A DNA stretch of 64,000 bases, from IMG/VR virus record IMGVR_UViG_3300025011_000016; one strand, 5' to 3'. The position numbers and the translations under genes were made by a program. Numbering within the stretch: the first letter of the stretch is position 1; each line of letters starts with the position of its first letter. This DNA is from a virus (taxonomy: Duplodnaviria > Caudoviricetes). This document shows positions 63,167-64,000 of this stretch, piece by piece. The notes under the pieces are model-generated. The model had not been told where the DNA came from. It saw nothing but the letters and a program-made list of their open reading frames with translations, and made no database searches.

Positions 63167-64000
63167 AAAATAATATATAGCCGATGATAAACTTCTTTAA
63201 TTGACGGGAATATCCTCAGAGCTTTAAACTACTAAACTAGTATAGTGATATGCTAAGTGGCTAGGAGTAATTAACCTAGGTATAGTAATAATGTTTAAGA
63301 TTGGATAATCCGCAACCAAGATTCTAATGTTATTAAATATTATTTCTTATATTCATCATAACAGAGCTATAAATATAATTATATGAAAGGATTGTGAGTA
63401 ATGCGAAATATAGTTGAAATATTTAAACCGATTTATATTTATGGTGAACGCACTAATTATTTAGTTAGTGATTGGGGGACTGTAATGAATGGGACTACCA
63501 AGAAGGAGTTAAAACAACGTCTTAATGCTGATAACTATTATGAAGTTACATTATGGGTAAATAATAAAGCCGTTAATCGAAGGATACATAGATTGGTGGC
63601 CGAAACCTTTCTTGAGAATCCAAATAATTATCCTGTAGTAAATCATAAAAAAGGTGGATTAACAGAGGATGGGCAATGGAATAATTGTGTTTTAAACTTA
63701 GAACATACAACTATTTCATATAATACAAAACATGCATATGATACGGGTTTAAAGAACCCTTTAGTTGGAGAGGAATGTGGGTTTAATATATATCCGGAAC
63801 CATTAATAGATAAAATTATCAATAAACTATTAATGGCTATACCACCGGACATTATAGCCGATGAACTTGGGGTAAAAGTATCATTAGTTACAAGTGTGCG
63901 TGATGGATATTCATGGAAACATAAAATTAAAGGTCTTGTTTTTCCTAAACCTGCTTTTGCCCACACTAATGAATATACATATGAATTAAAATTTAAAATT
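63167..64000 (+). mobile_element. Group I intron (3' end outside window) with HNH ORF
   Basis: P1 TCGGT/GCCGA, AATTGACGGGAA and AATCCGCAACC, followed by an ORF. Confidence 0.82.
63401..64000 (+). CDS. Intron-encoded NUMOD4/HNH endonuclease, 3'-truncated by window
   Basis: Read manually: MRNIVEIFKP..IHRLVAETFLENPNNYPVVNHKKG..NNCVLNLE. Open to the end of the window. Confidence 0.8.
   Translation, partial: MRNIVEIFKPIYIYGERTNYLVSDWGTVMNGTTKKELKQRLNADNYYEVTLWVNNKAVNRRIHRLVAETFLENPNNYPVVNHKKGGLTEDGQWNNCVLNLEHTTISYNTKHAYDTGLKNPLVGEECGFNIYPEPLIDKIINKLLMAIPPDIIADELGVKVSLVTSVRDGYSWKHKIKGLVFPKPAFAHTNEYTYELKFKI

Noticed and set aside
1348-63966. Short antisense or overlapping ORFs in the track (e.g. 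1348-1554, 8961-9470, 19010-19384, 40146-40568, 53222-53620, 63643-63966)
   Set aside because: They are shadows of longer, motif-bearing genes on the other strand or frame, with no RBS or motifs.
1-64000. tRNA/rRNA genes, inteins, reverse transcriptase or DGR
   Set aside because: No cloverleaf or T-loop motifs, no intein C/S...HN blocks and no YxDD RT motif were noticed by eye.

Overview
This is an AT-rich (roughly 25-30% GC by eye) segment of a jumbo phage of the phiKZ/AR9-like type, probably infecting a Firmicute (GGAGG ribosome-binding sites). It carries replication, transcription and virion genes: a PD-(D/E)XK nuclease, SbcD, DnaB helicase, a beta-helix tail protein, baseplate proteins, a RecD/Dda-like helicase, GyrB and GyrA, three split RNA polymerase beta-subunit genes belonging to two RNAPs, TubZ, RecA/UvsX, ParA, NAD ligase, SbcC, part of a family-B DNA polymerase and a probable portal. 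Many ORF-track fragments are exons. I resolved by hand 29 closely related group I introns (28 complete, 1 running off the end), each with P/Q/R/S core motifs, a U-G P1 pair and a terminal G. Removing them restores continuous frames and catalytic motifs, with micro-exons as short as 6, 7, 12, 15, 17 and 22 nt. Four introns carry HNH endonucleases. Three are tnpA-less IStron-like elements (group I intron plus TnpB plus a conserved omegaRNA-like right end), all inserted after GAT. One of these is an internally deleted copy lying between the Shine-Dalgarno and the AUG of an RNAP subunit gene, so splicing would assemble the RBS. Putative early (TATATATTAT) and AR9-like late (AACA-N6-TA) promoter motifs are visible. 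No tRNA, rRNA or CRISPR array was seen. All splice sites are manual predictions, not experimentally or computationally validated.
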